Shown here: piece by piece, positions 38,386-49,177 of the stretch
How positions within the stretch are numbered: the stretch's first letter is position 1
Layout of the letters: every line of letters begins with the position of its first letter
Origin: Terriglobia bacterium
GTDB lineage: Bacteria > Acidobacteriota > Terriglobia > Acidiferrales > UBA7541
Direction: 5' to 3'
DNA: 64,000 nt
Assembly (NCBI GenBank): GCA_963695545.1
Contig: OY968796.1
Span: 4,000,001-4,064,000 of the forward strand
Translations under genes and position numbers: made by a program
The notes under the pieces: model-generated
What the model was told of the DNA's origin: nothing
Databases searched by the model: none
Seen by the model: the letters and a program-made list of their open reading frames with translations, nothing else

Positions 38386-39621
38386 TCAGGCGTGGAGTTT
38401 TTCGAGGCGTTTGGCGGCGGCTTCGAGCGTTTCGTCGCGTTTGCAAAAAGTGAAGCGCACTTGACGGGCGCCATCGGCGGGATCGTTGTAAAAGCTCGAG
38501 CCGGGCACGACGGCGACGCCGATGTTTTCGACAAGATGGCGCGCGAATTCGACGTCATTCGGGAAACCGAAGCGCGAAATGTCGGTCATGATGTAGTAGG
38601 CGCCAGCCGGCTTGAAGCAGACGAAACCTGAATTCTTCAAGATTTCGAGCATGCGATTGCGGCGGCGCAGATATTCTTCGGCGAGGCTGTCGTAGTAGGA
38701 GTCGGGCATGGCAAGGGCCAGCGTGCCGGCTTCCTGCAAGGGAGCCGCGGCACCGACGGTGAGAAAATCGTGGACCTTGCGGATGGGAACGGAAACGGCG
38801 GGCGAAGCGATGGCCCAGCCTACGCGCCAGCCGGTGACGCTGTAAGTTTTGGACAAACTGTTGATGGTGATGGCGCGATCGCGCATGCCCTCGAGCGAGG
38901 CGATCGAAATGTGCTGCGTGCCGTCGTAGAGGATGTGCTCGTAGATTTCGTCGGTGATGGCGAAGGCGTTCCAGCGCACACAGAGATTGCGGATGTATTC
39001 GAGTTCGGCGCGCGAAAAAACTTTGCCGGTGGGATTGTTCGGCGTGTTCAGGATGATGGCTTTGGTGCGCGGGCCGAAGGCCGCGGCGAGCTCGGCGGGA
39101 TCGAAGGTCCAATCGGGCGGCTGGAGGCGCACAAAGCGCGGCGCGGCGCCGGAGAGAATGGTATCGGGGCCGTAATTTTCGTAGAAGGGCTCGAAGATCA
39201 CGACTTCGTCGCCCGGATTGATGACGGCCATCATGGCGGCCATCATGGCTTCGGTTGAGCCGCAGCAGACGGTGATTTCGCGCTCGGGATCGACGCGCAC
39301 GCCTTGCGTGCGTTCAAATTTTTGGGCGATGGCGTCGCGGAAAGATTTCGCGCCCCAAGTGATGGCGTACTGATTGAAGTCTGCGGAGATGGCCTGGCGA
39401 GCGGCTTCTTTTATTTCTGGGGGCGCGGCGAAATCCGGGAAGCCCTGGGAAAGATTCACGGCGCCGTGTTTGAGCGCGAGGCGCGTCATTTCGCGGATCA
39501 CGGATTCGGTGAAGCGCGCGGCCTTGGCGGAAAGCGCGTGGCGCGCGGCGCCGGCGACTTCAGTGGCAATTTTGGTATCGAGTGCGGCGGCGTCAGGCGT
39601 CGACGAATCTTTCGGCGTCAA
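38386..39621 (-). CDS. Class I/II PLP-dependent aminotransferase
   Basis: NLSQGFPD, NTPNNPTG, DEIY, SLSKTYSVTGWRVG, VRFTFCK; TTG start inferred at 39621 overlapping the upstream stop. Confidence 0.92.
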   Translation of the reverse strand: MTPKDSSTPDAAALDTKIATEVAGAARHALSAKAARFTESVIREMTRLALKHGAVNLSQGFPDFAAPPEIKEAARQAISADFNQYAITWGAKSFRDAIAQKFERTQGVRVDPEREITVCCGSTEAMMAAMMAVINPGDEVVIFEPFYENYGPDTILSGAAPRFVRLQPPDWTFDPAELAAAFGPRTKAIILNTPNNPTGKVFSRAELEYIRNLCVRWNAFAITDEIYEHILYDGTQHISIASLEGMRDRAITINSLSKTYSVTGWRVGWAIASPAVSVPIRKVHDFLTVGAAAPLQEAGTLALAMPDSYYDSLAEEYLRRRNRMLEILKNSGFVCFKPAGAYYIMTDISRFGFPNDVEFARHLVENIGVAVVPGSSFYNDPADGARQVRFTFCKRDETLEAAAKRLEKLHA

Positions 39622-42044
39622 GGAGTTTTCTCCGGCGTGGGCGCAGCGATCTGGGAGGCCGCGGCGTTCTGCGTGGCTCCGGTGGAATCTTGCGCGGCAT
39701 AAATTTGGCGATACAAGTTGGCGTTTCGCAAGACGATTTGCACGTACTCGCGCGTCTCGGTGAACGGAATGGATTCTACGAACTCGGCCGTCTCCTGATA
39801 GGTCTGTCCGGCGGTCCATTCCTCGACGCGATCTTCTCCCGCGTTATACGCGGCGAGCGCGGCCTCGGGAGTGCCGTACGCGGCCAGCAGATTCGCCAAA
39901 TAGAACGAGCCGAGCCGGAGATTGTACTCTGGATCGTGCAGCCGCGCATGCGAGTAGCTGACGTGCAAACCTCGCGCGAGCTTGCGCCCGGTCGGCGGTT
40001 CGATTTGCATCAGGCCGACAGCGCCAGTGCGCGAGATGGCTTCCGCATCGAACGCGGATTCCTGGCGCGCAAGGCCGGCGACAAGCATGGGATCGAGGCC
40101 GTTCGCGGCGGAATCCTCATCGAGCGGCTCGCGGTACGGCAGCGGATAGGCCGCGCGCCAGGCTTCGGGATCGACGTCAGAGAACCGGCGCGCGTCTATC
40201 TGGGTGACAAGCTGGCGCGCGACGAACATGCCTTCAGCATAATGGCCGGCCGCATCCGCGGCTTCGGCTTCATCGAGCAGTAGGCGGCTCGTGTGCGTGG
40301 CGGTGTACGCGGCACGATATTCAATTTCGGCGGAAGCGTCAAAGGCGATCGAAGTGAGCGCTTGAGCGCGCGCGACGCGCGCCGCAGCTTCGGGCGGCAC
40401 GGCGTCGTCCAGCGGCGCAAGCGGCGCGGGCGGCGGAATCAGCGCGAGCACATCGCTCGGATTCACCGGAGCGTCGCCAATGCCATCGGGCGCGGGGCGT
40501 GTGCGCGCGGACGCGAGGACTCCGAAATAATTCTGCGGAAAGCGGCCGGCCGCGGCGAGATAGTAGCTGCGCGCGCGCGCCTGATCGCCGGAACGCTCGT
40601 AGGCGCGGCCGAGCCAGTAGAGCGCGTCGGGAATAAATGTGGAAGTGGGATTGTGGCGCGCGAAATCTTCGAGCAGCGCGGCGGCTTCGGGCTTGCGCTC
40701 TAGATACGCGGTCCACGCGAGACGCCACGAGGCCGTCGGAGCGTCGCTTGCGGCCGGGAAGCCGGACACGACGCGCTGGTAATATGTCGCGGCATGGTCA
40801 CGATCTAAATTCACCCAATAATAATTGCCTGTGCCAAAGAGCGCCTGTTCCGTCCACGCGCTGGCAGGGTGCGCCGCAGCAAGCTGTTCAACCAACGCCA
40901 GCATTTCGGTTTCGACTTTTTCGGTGCGGAGATTTTGCGAGAGCTCGTAGAGCCGCTCAGCGTCGAGCTCCGGCGTGGTGAGGGTGAGCGAGCGAAGCGC
41001 GTCGGGACTCGCGCCCAACTCGACGTCACATTCGGCGACGCGCAAATGCGCGCGCTCGAGATCGCTGCCAGTGAGCTTGGCCGACAAATCCAGATATGCT
41101 GAGCGTGCATCGCGCCAGTGGTGCGCGAGATAGAGAGTCTCGGCGCGGGTCATTTCGACGGAAACCGCCGGCGTGGGAAATGCGCTGCCAAGGGCGAATT
41201 CAAGCGACGGCAAGCGCTCTCCAGCGGCCGCGGCTTCTTCATTCAAAGGAAAACGGTAAAAGATGTCGAGATAATCGCGCGCGGCGAGAAGCGGCGGCTG
41301 CGCGTTGGCCACGGCGACTTTCTCTTCGGCCTGCGCGCGCAGCAACAGAAGCGCCGACTTATCGGAAGTCTGCGGATCGGCATCAAGCGCGGCCACGGCG
41401 ATCGCAGGCTCATCGGCGGCGACGGCGTCGTCAGCGAGCGATTCCACGATTTGTTCGGAGATGGCGCTGTCGGGCGAAGCGCGGCGCAGTTCTTGCAGGA
41501 GATCGAGCGCCTCGCGGGATTTTCCGAGCGCCTGATCGGTTTCGGCCTGCCAATAGACGACGTATTCGTGGAGCACGTCGTCAGCGGCAGCTTTTGCAAG
41601 CCAAGTGTTTGCGTCAGCGGCGTGATTGTTGTTCAGATCGTAGTAGCCGAGCGCCAGCGCCGCGCGCGCGCCGAGCACGTCTTTCTGATGCTTTTGCGCG
41701 AAGCGCGAGAGCGCGTCATATGCGGCAGCGGATGGATGATCGTGCAGCGCGTGCGCGAGCGCGGTGAGCTGTTGCCCGGGGTCGACAACGGCTGCGGTGG
41801 AAGAAGTCGGCGAATGCGCAGACGAGGAAGAGACCTTTCGGGCTTGCGCGGTGTGCGCTGACGGCGAGTGTGCGGTTCCGGCTGGCGCGGGAGGCGCGCT
41901 CTGCTGCGCGAGCGCCGTGAGCGGCAGCGCTGAAATCGCGAGGGCGAGGCAGAGCCGGGCCGCGCGCACAACGCGCGCGTTAGCGCCGCAAAGCGGGCGT
42001 GTGATACGGATATTCTCCGAGAGCGGAAGGATCACCAGCGGCAA
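39618..42044 (-). CDS. Soluble lytic transglycosylase (Slt-like) with TPR superhelix
   Basis: RQESAF, GAVGLMQI, ALAAYNAG, ESIPFTETREYV; true start may be downstream of 42044. Confidence 0.92.
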   Translation of the reverse strand: MPLVILPLSENIRITRPLCGANARVVRAARLCLALAISALPLTALAQQSAPPAPAGTAHSPSAHTAQARKVSSSSAHSPTSSTAAVVDPGQQLTALAHALHDHPSAAAYDALSRFAQKHQKDVLGARAALALGYYDLNNNHAADANTWLAKAAADDVLHEYVVYWQAETDQALGKSREALDLLQELRRASPDSAISEQIVESLADDAVAADEPAIAVAALDADPQTSDKSALLLLRAQAEEKVAVANAQPPLLAARDYLDIFYRFPLNEEAAAAGERLPSLEFALGSAFPTPAVSVEMTRAETLYLAHHWRDARSAYLDLSAKLTGSDLERAHLRVAECDVELGASPDALRSLTLTTPELDAERLYELSQNLRTEKVETEMLALVEQLAAAHPASAWTEQALFGTGNYYWVNLDRDHAATYYQRVVSGFPAASDAPTASWRLAWTAYLERKPEAAALLEDFARHNPTSTFIPDALYWLGRAYERSGDQARARSYYLAAAGRFPQNYFGVLASARTRPAPDGIGDAPVNPSDVLALIPPPAPLAPLDDAVPPEAAARVARAQALTSIAFDASAEIEYRAAYTATHTSRLLLDEAEAADAAGHYAEGMFVARQLVTQIDARRFSDVDPEAWRAAYPLPYREPLDEDSAANGLDPMLVAGLARQESAFDAEAISRTGAVGLMQIEPPTGRKLARGLHVSYSHARLHDPEYNLRLGSFYLANLLAAYGTPEAALAAYNAGEDRVEEWTAGQTYQETAEFVESIPFTETREYVQIVLRNANLYRQIYAAQDSTGATQNAAASQIAAPTPEKTP

Positions 42045-43149
42045 GAATCTCTACCATCCAGTCATAAAAGTAATCCACCGGATGGTTCATGATGGGCCTA
42101 AACCGGCGGTCATATTCTTTATGCGCCCTTTCGATCTCTTCGTGCAAGCGATTGCAGAGGTCCTTGTTCTCGCGGCCGATGGCGACCTGCTCGGGCTGGA
42201 GCAGCTTGATATCCTGCATCGAGACCTTGGCCACGCGGCTGGCGCGGCGGTGCAGTTCACGTTCGTCGTCGGACAATAATGCGATATCGAAACTTGGAGC
42301 GTCGCTGAACGCGACCTCCTGGGGCATCTCAAGAGGCTCGGGCGCCTGCATCTCGGACATCATCGCGATGCCGCCGGCGATGGCCTCTTCTATGATCGTC
42401 GACTCTTCGACAGCGGTTGCCTCGGAGGATTCGGCAACCAACTCCGGTTCCTGTTCTTCAACTATGCCATCCTCGGCGACTTCGTTTGCAACGGCTTCGG
42501 TGGCGAGCGGCTCTTCCGGCTGTTCCGGCGCCGACCACGTTGCAATGGGCTCGAGCGCGTCCGGCTTCGCGGAGACGCCATCCGACAGCGACGGTTCGAC
42601 GATTGGATCGAGTGCGGGATCGGGCGGCGGTTCGTGCGCGAGCGATTCGGTCTCGCGTGACTCTGCTGACTGCGCCTGGTGCGTTTCGGTTTGCTGCACC
42701 TCGGGCTCGAAGGGTTCGGCTTGCACCGGCGCGTCATGCGATTCGTGCGCCTCGGACCATTCGGTCGGCTCGGGCGCGGCGGGCCAGTCGCTCTGCTCAG
42801 GCGCCTCGACCGCGGGTTCCGGGACAATCGCGGGCGCTTCAAACTGCGCGGGGGACTCGACTTCGGCCGCGGCAAGATTCACCGGCTCGGAGATAGCCCG
42901 ATCGGCCGGCTGCAACGTCGACGTCACGAAGCGGGAAAGAACTTCAAGAGTCGCCGAGAGCGATGCTGACGCGGTTTGCGCGCGTAACATCGAGGGCAGC
43001 GCGTTCGCGGGCCGGTTGCTGGCGCAGGCGGCCACGAAATCGGCCACAGCCTGGTCCAGTTCCTGGGCGGTGCGTTGCATGCGCTCAAGACTGTCTCGCA
43101 GAGTGCGCGAAACAGCCCGCTCGACGTTGGTTGGATCGGCCGGCATCAT
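41980..43149 (-). CDS. Hypothetical protein: helical N-terminus, very acidic Glu/Pro linker, conserved-looking C-terminal helical domain
   Basis: GGGAG RBS; C-terminus RRASRVAKV..DIKL..GRENKDL..L.EEI..DYF..ILAAGD..LG. Confidence 0.7.
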   Translation of the reverse strand: MMPADPTNVERAVSRTLRDSLERMQRTAQELDQAVADFVAACASNRPANALPSMLRAQTASASLSATLEVLSRFVTSTLQPADRAISEPVNLAAAEVESPAQFEAPAIVPEPAVEAPEQSDWPAAPEPTEWSEAHESHDAPVQAEPFEPEVQQTETHQAQSAESRETESLAHEPPPDPALDPIVEPSLSDGVSAKPDALEPIATWSAPEQPEEPLATEAVANEVAEDGIVEEQEPELVAESSEATAVEESTIIEEAIAGGIAMMSEMQAPEPLEMPQEVAFSDAPSFDIALLSDDERELHRRASRVAKVSMQDIKLLQPEQVAIGRENKDLCNRLHEEIERAHKEYDRRFRPIMNHPVDYFYDWMVEILAAGDPSALGEYPYHTPALRR

Positions 43150-43449
43150 ATGTGGCGCGTTCTCCCGAGATCGGAAGAGGGGCAGCATCAATTATCGGAA
43201 TGGGACAAAAGTATTGTCAACAACAAGCCCGCAGCGCGTTTCCTCGAATGGCACGGTGCCTCTTTCGCGTCATTTTCGAGGCCCGCGCGGCGCAGGCTTC
43301 GGCAGCGCCGAGGTTAACGAGATGACTCAGATTCGACGCGCCTGTACGGTAAGGCACATCTTTTGGTTCGCTCGGGGCGCACAGTTATGGCTACCGCGAG
43401 TCTGCAAGCGAGAATCTCTTCGGCAGGATTCGGGGGAGAAGGATACGCC

Positions 43450-43620
43450 ATGTCATTCGGACTGTACGCGATCGGGTACGGGATCATGATCATCGGGCTG
43501 ATATACGGCGCTCACTTGCTGCATATACCGACGCATTGGATTGCCGTGCTGGCCGTGGTGTTGCTGGGCGTCGGAATTCTGTCTGGAGTCAAGGCGACGC
43601 GCCAACGGGATCCGGCGTAA
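43450..43620 (+). CDS. Small 2-TM membrane protein
   Basis: GAAGGA RBS, 56 aa, two hydrophobic helices. Confidence 0.7.
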   Translation: MSFGLYAIGYGIMIIGLIYGAHLLHIPTHWIAVLAVVLLGVGILSGVKATRQRDPA

Positions 43621-43747
43621 TCGTGCAGAGGCCGGAGCCGATGCTTACGCGATTGGCCCGTAAGGCGGCTGCGCGTCGCCGCCTTGAACGCCCAAGGATT
43701 GCCGAGAACTTCGTCCCGCCAGAGTCAGGACTCCCGGAAACCTCTCG

Positions 43748-46051
43748 CTATCGCGTGTCGACCGAGCGATTCCCTTCGTAATGCATGATGTGGTAGTAGC
43801 CCTCCCAACCGTTCGCGAGGACCGGTGGCGGCAGAGTGGTCATCGGGTCATCCAGGTACTTCAGAAAACTTTGGACCATATCGCGCGTCTCATTGACGCC
43901 GGTTAGCCAATCGCCGCGGTACCAGTTTTTCCACTTGCCGTACTCGGCTGCGGCCTCGTATTGATGGATCTGGTTGAACGCGGTGAGAGCTTCTTCGGCT
44001 TCCAGATGAGCCTTGGCCGTCTGTCCGTTCTGAGCGTCCTGGACGGCATTGGCGATCAGAAACAGAATGTGGTTGCTGTTTTTATTGATCGCGATCATGG
44101 CGAGAACTGAAGCAGAATAAAAAGGCCGGCGCTCGGGCGTTACGAGAGGTTCGGCGGCGAGCGCATCCTTCCACACGGCGTCCCATCGAGGCTGGGCATC
44201 GCCGCACTTCTGAATTTCCGTCGCAATGGTCCGCTTCAGATAATCCGCCGGACTCATCGCGAAACCCGCGGGCGCCCCCGGAGGAGGGCCATATCCCGGG
44301 CCCGTCATGCCCATGATGCGCGAGGGCGTCCACTTCGGCGACTGGCCCGGGATGGAGTAATACGGCGGGCTGATCATGTAGTCCATCATCATTTGGCGCG
44401 CTTCGCCGTGGTAAAGCTCGTCGCCGTACATATGCATCGGATCGTTCGCGGCGATTGCGGGAGCCTTGAAATATTCTTCGTAGACCTTGGCGACAGCGGA
44501 CGCGGATTTTGCTCCGAATTCCTTCGCGGCCCAATCCTTGTAATATTGGTCCGTTGCGTCGACGCCCTGGCCCGCTGACGGAACGCCTCCCCAGGCGACG
44601 TCCATCACAGCTTTGGTGGTCATGATGTAGGGGCGGATGCTGCTGGTGTTGAGGAGCATGTACTGCGTGGCGCCGGCTTTGATGTAGCGACCCAACTCCG
44701 AATAGATCCGATCGACAGGAACCATCTCCGAAAGCTGATTTGCCCTGCCGTTCAACATGGCCACGTGGTAGTAGACGCCCTGACCGGCGGACACCAGGCC
44801 CTTGTCCTGGGGATCGCCGTAGCCATTATCGGCCCACACCGGGATGGCGTCGGGCGGGACAGTGAGGTAACCCTCCTGTACAAGCCGGGCGCCCTCCTGC
44901 CAAAAATCGGTGACAAATTTCGCGTCGGGATGCACGGCGCGAACGATGTTCATCTGCTCTCCTATGGCTCTGCTGATGAGAGCGCCAAGCGCTTTGTCAT
45001 TCCCGGCAACGCTGGGGTCCATCGAAGCGTACGAAGTGTCGGATAGGCCGCGCAATCCAACGGCCCACAAAATCTCCTGGTGCGGATCGTAGGAATTCAC
45101 GGCGTCTTTCCAGGCGCGTTCGATGATTTCCGGATGCGTGGTGAAGTTATAGGGCTGATCGGCGGGCCAGCGCGCAACGTTCACGCCAAGTGGAATCGCG
45201 TGGTGCTGCGTGAGGATCAAGCCGCGCGTGGCAACGAGCTTAACCTGCGGATCGTCTGGAAAAATCCATGTTCCCGGCACGACCATATTTCCCTTGAGCC
45301 TAAGAATCGTTTCGTAGACTTTGTCCATAACAGCCAGCGAGATCCCGGACCCGTCCGTTTTTTCTCCGGGGGCCCATCCTGTTAGAAGATCCTCGTCGTT
45401 AAGGAAAAATCCGCGATATTTGAATAGCGGCGCGGGAAAGCTGTGCGCGAGAGAGGCAGGGACGGCAACGCTGGCGCGCCGCGCAGGCACTTGATCGGTC
45501 CAGTAGTACATCGGATCGATGCCGAGATATTCCTGGGAAAATTCGTAGATGGCGTAGATCGTGCCGCGCATGTCCGCGCCGGTGAGCAGCACCACTTTCG
45601 CCGGAAGCTTCCCTGTCCACTTCGCGTCGAGCACGGAAATGGAGAACGATTCGGGATCGGTCACACCCGCCGGACGCATGGCTTCGGGAATTTCCGATTG
45701 TTCGCCAATCATGATGGTGATCGGTCCGGCGTCGTTTTCGGAAGTGACCACGCGCGGCTTTGCGCCGAGAACTTTCTCGAAATCGTTGCGGAGATCCTCG
45801 GTGGCCTTTTGAATCGGCCCCGGCGTGTCCGCGGCTTCGAGGATTGTGACTTTGGAATCGACCACGACGACCGCGGCCTTCGACATCGCCATCGGCTTCA
45901 TCGTCGGCTTCCTGGCGGGCTTCGACTGCGCCATGGCCTGCGGAGATGCAGAAGCGGCGATTGCGCATCCGGCGACGAAGAACGCGGAAGCCAATACTTT
46001 CACCAGTACTCTGGAAGCGAACTTGCGTTGGCGCAACATTTCATCTCTCAT
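43748..46051 (-). CDS. Glycoside hydrolase family 115-like protein (alpha-glucuronidase family), secreted
   Basis: GADMRGTIYAIYE..LGIDP.YYWTD, KYRGFFLNDE, ETILRLKGNMVVP, GLRG, WADNGYG, GVYYH. Confidence 0.82.
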   Translation of the reverse strand: MRDEMLRQRKFASRVLVKVLASAFFVAGCAIAASASPQAMAQSKPARKPTMKPMAMSKAAVVVVDSKVTILEAADTPGPIQKATEDLRNDFEKVLGAKPRVVTSENDAGPITIMIGEQSEIPEAMRPAGVTDPESFSISVLDAKWTGKLPAKVVLLTGADMRGTIYAIYEFSQEYLGIDPMYYWTDQVPARRASVAVPASLAHSFPAPLFKYRGFFLNDEDLLTGWAPGEKTDGSGISLAVMDKVYETILRLKGNMVVPGTWIFPDDPQVKLVATRGLILTQHHAIPLGVNVARWPADQPYNFTTHPEIIERAWKDAVNSYDPHQEILWAVGLRGLSDTSYASMDPSVAGNDKALGALISRAIGEQMNIVRAVHPDAKFVTDFWQEGARLVQEGYLTVPPDAIPVWADNGYGDPQDKGLVSAGQGVYYHVAMLNGRANQLSEMVPVDRIYSELGRYIKAGATQYMLLNTSSIRPYIMTTKAVMDVAWGGVPSAGQGVDATDQYYKDWAAKEFGAKSASAVAKVYEEYFKAPAIAANDPMHMYGDELYHGEARQMMMDYMISPPYYSIPGQSPKWTPSRIMGMTGPGYGPPPGAPAGFAMSPADYLKRTIATEIQKCGDAQPRWDAVWKDALAAEPLVTPERRPFYSASVLAMIAINKNSNHILFLIANAVQDAQNGQTAKAHLEAEEALTAFNQIHQYEAAAEYGKWKNWYRGDWLTGVNETRDMVQSFLKYLDDPMTTLPPPVLANGWEGYYHIMHYEGNRSVDTR

Positions 46052-46351
46052 CGTTGTCCTCGCCTTTTCTGCAGGCCACTCGGATGTCGAGCCCGTGCTC
46101 ACGTAGTGAAGATCGAACGAACGCACCGTGGAAATTCCGGCGAGAGCTTGGGGAAGCGCGCTCCGGATATTGTATTGACCCCGAACTAAATCTGCCCGCT
46201 ACAACGCGGTGCCGGCGGCGCAGATGGTAGCAAGTGGTTCTAACACAGACAAGGACGCGCGGACGCGACGCCACGTTTCAGCAAAAGGCGACGGCATGGT
46301 TACGGGCATGTGGGACCGATTGCGCACGCGACATGTATAATCCAGTCCTCC

Positions 46352-49033
46352 ATGGGACTGACCTCCGGCACACGCCTTGGCACATACGAAATCGTCGCAC
46401 CCGTTGGCGCAGGCGGGATGGGCGAAGTGTATCAGGCGCACGACACCAAGCTGGGGCGCGACGTCGCGATCAAGATTCTGCCGGAAGGGTTCGCGCGCGA
46501 TCCCGCGCGGCTCTCGCGATTTCAACGCGAAGCGAAGATGCTGGCCTCGCTGAATCATCCGAACATCGCCACGATCTTCGGCCTGGAAGACGCGAACGGC
46601 GTGAATTACCTGGTGATGGAATTGGTTCCCGGCGAGACGCTGGCAGATCGCATTGGGCGGGACGGCGCAATCCCGGTGGTGGAAGCTCTGAACATTGCGA
46701 AGCAAATCGCCGAGGCTTTGGAGGCCGCACACGAAAAAGGAATCATTCACCGCGATCTGAAGCCTGCCAACGTAAAACTGACGCCGGACGGAAAAGTGAA
46801 GGTGCTGGATTTCGGATTGGCGAAGGCCTACGCGGAAGACTCCGGTTCGTCCGATCCATCGACCTCTCCGACGCTCACGGCGGCCGCGACAATGCAGGGA
46901 ATGATCCTGGGCACGGCGGCTTACATGTCGCCTGAGCAGGCTCGCGGCAAAGCGGTCGATCGGCGCGCGGATATCTGGGCGTTCGGCTGCGTGCTGTACG
47001 AATTGCTGACGGGCGAGCAGCTATTCGCAGGTGAGAGCGTGACGGACACGCTGGCGCAGGTGATCACCAAGGAGCCGGATTGGGAAAAAGTTCCGGCGCG
47101 CACGCGAGGGCTGCTGCGCTGGTGCCTTGAGAAAGACCCGAAGAAACGGTTGCGGGATGTGGAAGACGGGATGATTTCGCTGGAAGCGGCGCCGGACGTG
47201 AAGGTGGAGCAGCCGAGTGCAACGTCCGCGCCGAAATGGCTGTGGGCGATTGCGATCGCGGCGTGTCTGGCTGTTGCGGCGCTGGCCGTGATGCAATTAC
47301 GAGAAAAACCTCCCTCCGCTCCCGAAGTCGTGCGATACCGAATTCGGCTTCCTGAAAATGTTTGGTTTACCCAAACCGCATCCTTTGCTCTTTCGCCCGA
47401 TGGGCGGCACATCGCCTTTTCGGCGATCGGTCCGGACGGCTTGGCCGAGGTCTGGATGCAAGATCTGGACGGAAGCGAAGCTCGCGAGCTACCGGACGCA
47501 CACACGGGCCCCACGACGCCGCCGTTTTCCTGGTCGACGGATAGCCGCTACGTCGCTTTTTCTGCCGCCGGCGCGATGTTCCGAAAGGCGGATTTGCAGT
47601 CGGGGACGTCGCAGGACATTTGCGAGAAGCCAGGGCCCCCGGTCGGGAGTTCGTGGAACAGCGACGGAACGATCATCTTTGGAAGTACATCTACGGGCCT
47701 CTGGCGCGTGGATTCGGCCGGCGGGAAGCCTGTTGCGCTGACCGATCTCGATACTTCGCGGCAGGAGCGCGAGCACGAGCTGCCGAATTTTCTTCCGGAC
47801 GGGAGGCACTTCCTCTACCTGCGCATTTCCAAAATTCCGGAAGACACGGGAATTTATATCGGCTCGCTCGATGATCCGCCGGATAAGCAGAGCGAAAAGC
47901 TACTTTTGCCGACTGGATTTGGAGCGTACTACGTGCCTTCGCCCGATAGCAGCGTGGGACATCTGCTATATCTGCGCGGCGGGACTTTGATGGCCCAAAG
48001 CTTTGACCCGGCAAAGCTGGCGCTCACGGGTGATCCAGCTCCGATCGCCGATCAGATTGGCTCAGGTTACGAAACGGGATTCTTTTCCGCCTCGGCGACG
48101 ACCGTGGTCTACCGAACGCTGAGCTCGAACCCCTACGCACAGCTTACTTGGTTTGACAGCCAGGGAAAGGCCAGCGGAACCCTGGGGGATCCCGCCTATG
48201 TGGGCGATCCGAGCATTTCGCCGGACGGCATCGAGATCGCGTATCGCAGAGATTCCCAGGATCACTCGGACAAGGACATCTGGTTGCTCGATATCGCGCG
48301 GGGCACGAGCACGCGCTTCACGTTCGGCGGCAGTTGGAACGACGTCCCTATCTGGTCTCCCGATGGCAAGGAAATCGTGCTCGCGTCGAATCGGGATGGC
48401 GTTTTCGATCTATACGAAAAGCCGGCCGATGGGGCTACGGACGAACAGATACTGCTGCGGACGAACCGGAACAAGATACCGCTGAGCTGGTCTCACGATG
48501 GCCGATACCTGCTCTACGCCGTGACCCAGAATTTTACCGGAGGCCGCGACGATCTCTGGGTGCTTCCCATGCAAGGGGACCGCACGCCTTTTCCATTCTC
48601 GCGCACCCAGTTTGATCAAACCGACGCACAGTTCTCGCCCGATGGACGGTGGGTGGCCTACTCGTCAAACGAATCGGGCCTGCACGAAATATACGTGCGG
48701 GAATTCACCGTGCCACCCGCGCCGACCGAGACGGGCGAGAAATGGCTAGTTTCCAATGGTGGCGGACTATTCCCGAGGTGGCGCGCGGACGGAAAGGAAA
48801 TTGTCTACTTCGCTAACGGCTATGGCAAGGAAATTTCTGTGAGCGTGGATGCCGGGCCGGGCCACTCATTTCATGCCGGAGTTCCTAAAGAGCTTTTCAA
48901 GGTTCCCCCGGGGATAGCGGGAGCCGATGCCTCCCGTGACCTTAAGAAGTTCCTGTTGGCTGTCCCGGAGAACAAGACGGGGCCGCAGACATTTACCGTA
49001 GTGGTGAATTGGGCGTCGACGCTGCAGAAATGA
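46352..49033 (+). CDS. Hanks-type Ser/Thr protein kinase with TM helix and PD40/TolB-like beta-propeller
   Basis: GAGGMGEVY, VAIK, HRDLKPAN, DFG, YMSPE, repeated SPDG; TATAAT shortly upstream. Confidence 0.95.
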   Translation: MGLTSGTRLGTYEIVAPVGAGGMGEVYQAHDTKLGRDVAIKILPEGFARDPARLSRFQREAKMLASLNHPNIATIFGLEDANGVNYLVMELVPGETLADRIGRDGAIPVVEALNIAKQIAEALEAAHEKGIIHRDLKPANVKLTPDGKVKVLDFGLAKAYAEDSGSSDPSTSPTLTAAATMQGMILGTAAYMSPEQARGKAVDRRADIWAFGCVLYELLTGEQLFAGESVTDTLAQVITKEPDWEKVPARTRGLLRWCLEKDPKKRLRDVEDGMISLEAAPDVKVEQPSATSAPKWLWAIAIAACLAVAALAVMQLREKPPSAPEVVRYRIRLPENVWFTQTASFALSPDGRHIAFSAIGPDGLAEVWMQDLDGSEARELPDAHTGPTTPPFSWSTDSRYVAFSAAGAMFRKADLQSGTSQDICEKPGPPVGSSWNSDGTIIFGSTSTGLWRVDSAGGKPVALTDLDTSRQEREHELPNFLPDGRHFLYLRISKIPEDTGIYIGSLDDPPDKQSEKLLLPTGFGAYYVPSPDSSVGHLLYLRGGTLMAQSFDPAKLALTGDPAPIADQIGSGYETGFFSASATTVVYRTLSSNPYAQLTWFDSQGKASGTLGDPAYVGDPSISPDGIEIAYRRDSQDHSDKDIWLLDIARGTSTRFTFGGSWNDVPIWSPDGKEIVLASNRDGVFDLYEKPADGATDEQILLRTNRNKIPLSWSHDGRYLLYAVTQNFTGGRDDLWVLPMQGDRTPFPFSRTQFDQTDAQFSPDGRWVAYSSNESGLHEIYVREFTVPPAPTETGEKWLVSNGGGLFPRWRADGKEIVYFANGYGKEISVSVDAGPGHSFHAGVPKELFKVPPGIAGADASRDLKKFLLAVPENKTGPQTFTVVVNWASTLQK

Positions 49034-49177
49034 CGTTCGCCCAATTTTGCGGGAGTTCACAAGAGATGGCGGCGGGGCTCTCGCGCGCCGACCTTCGCCG
49101 GATTGGTAATGGGCCCTCGAATTCGTGAGTTCCGCAACCGTGGTCCGATCGACTAGGAAGGCTCGACGTTCAAATCA

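Noticed and set aside
42089..43489. 466-aa Ser-rich plus-strand ORF
   Set aside because: Antisense of the Glu-rich gene; the Ser richness mirrors Glu/Asp codons.
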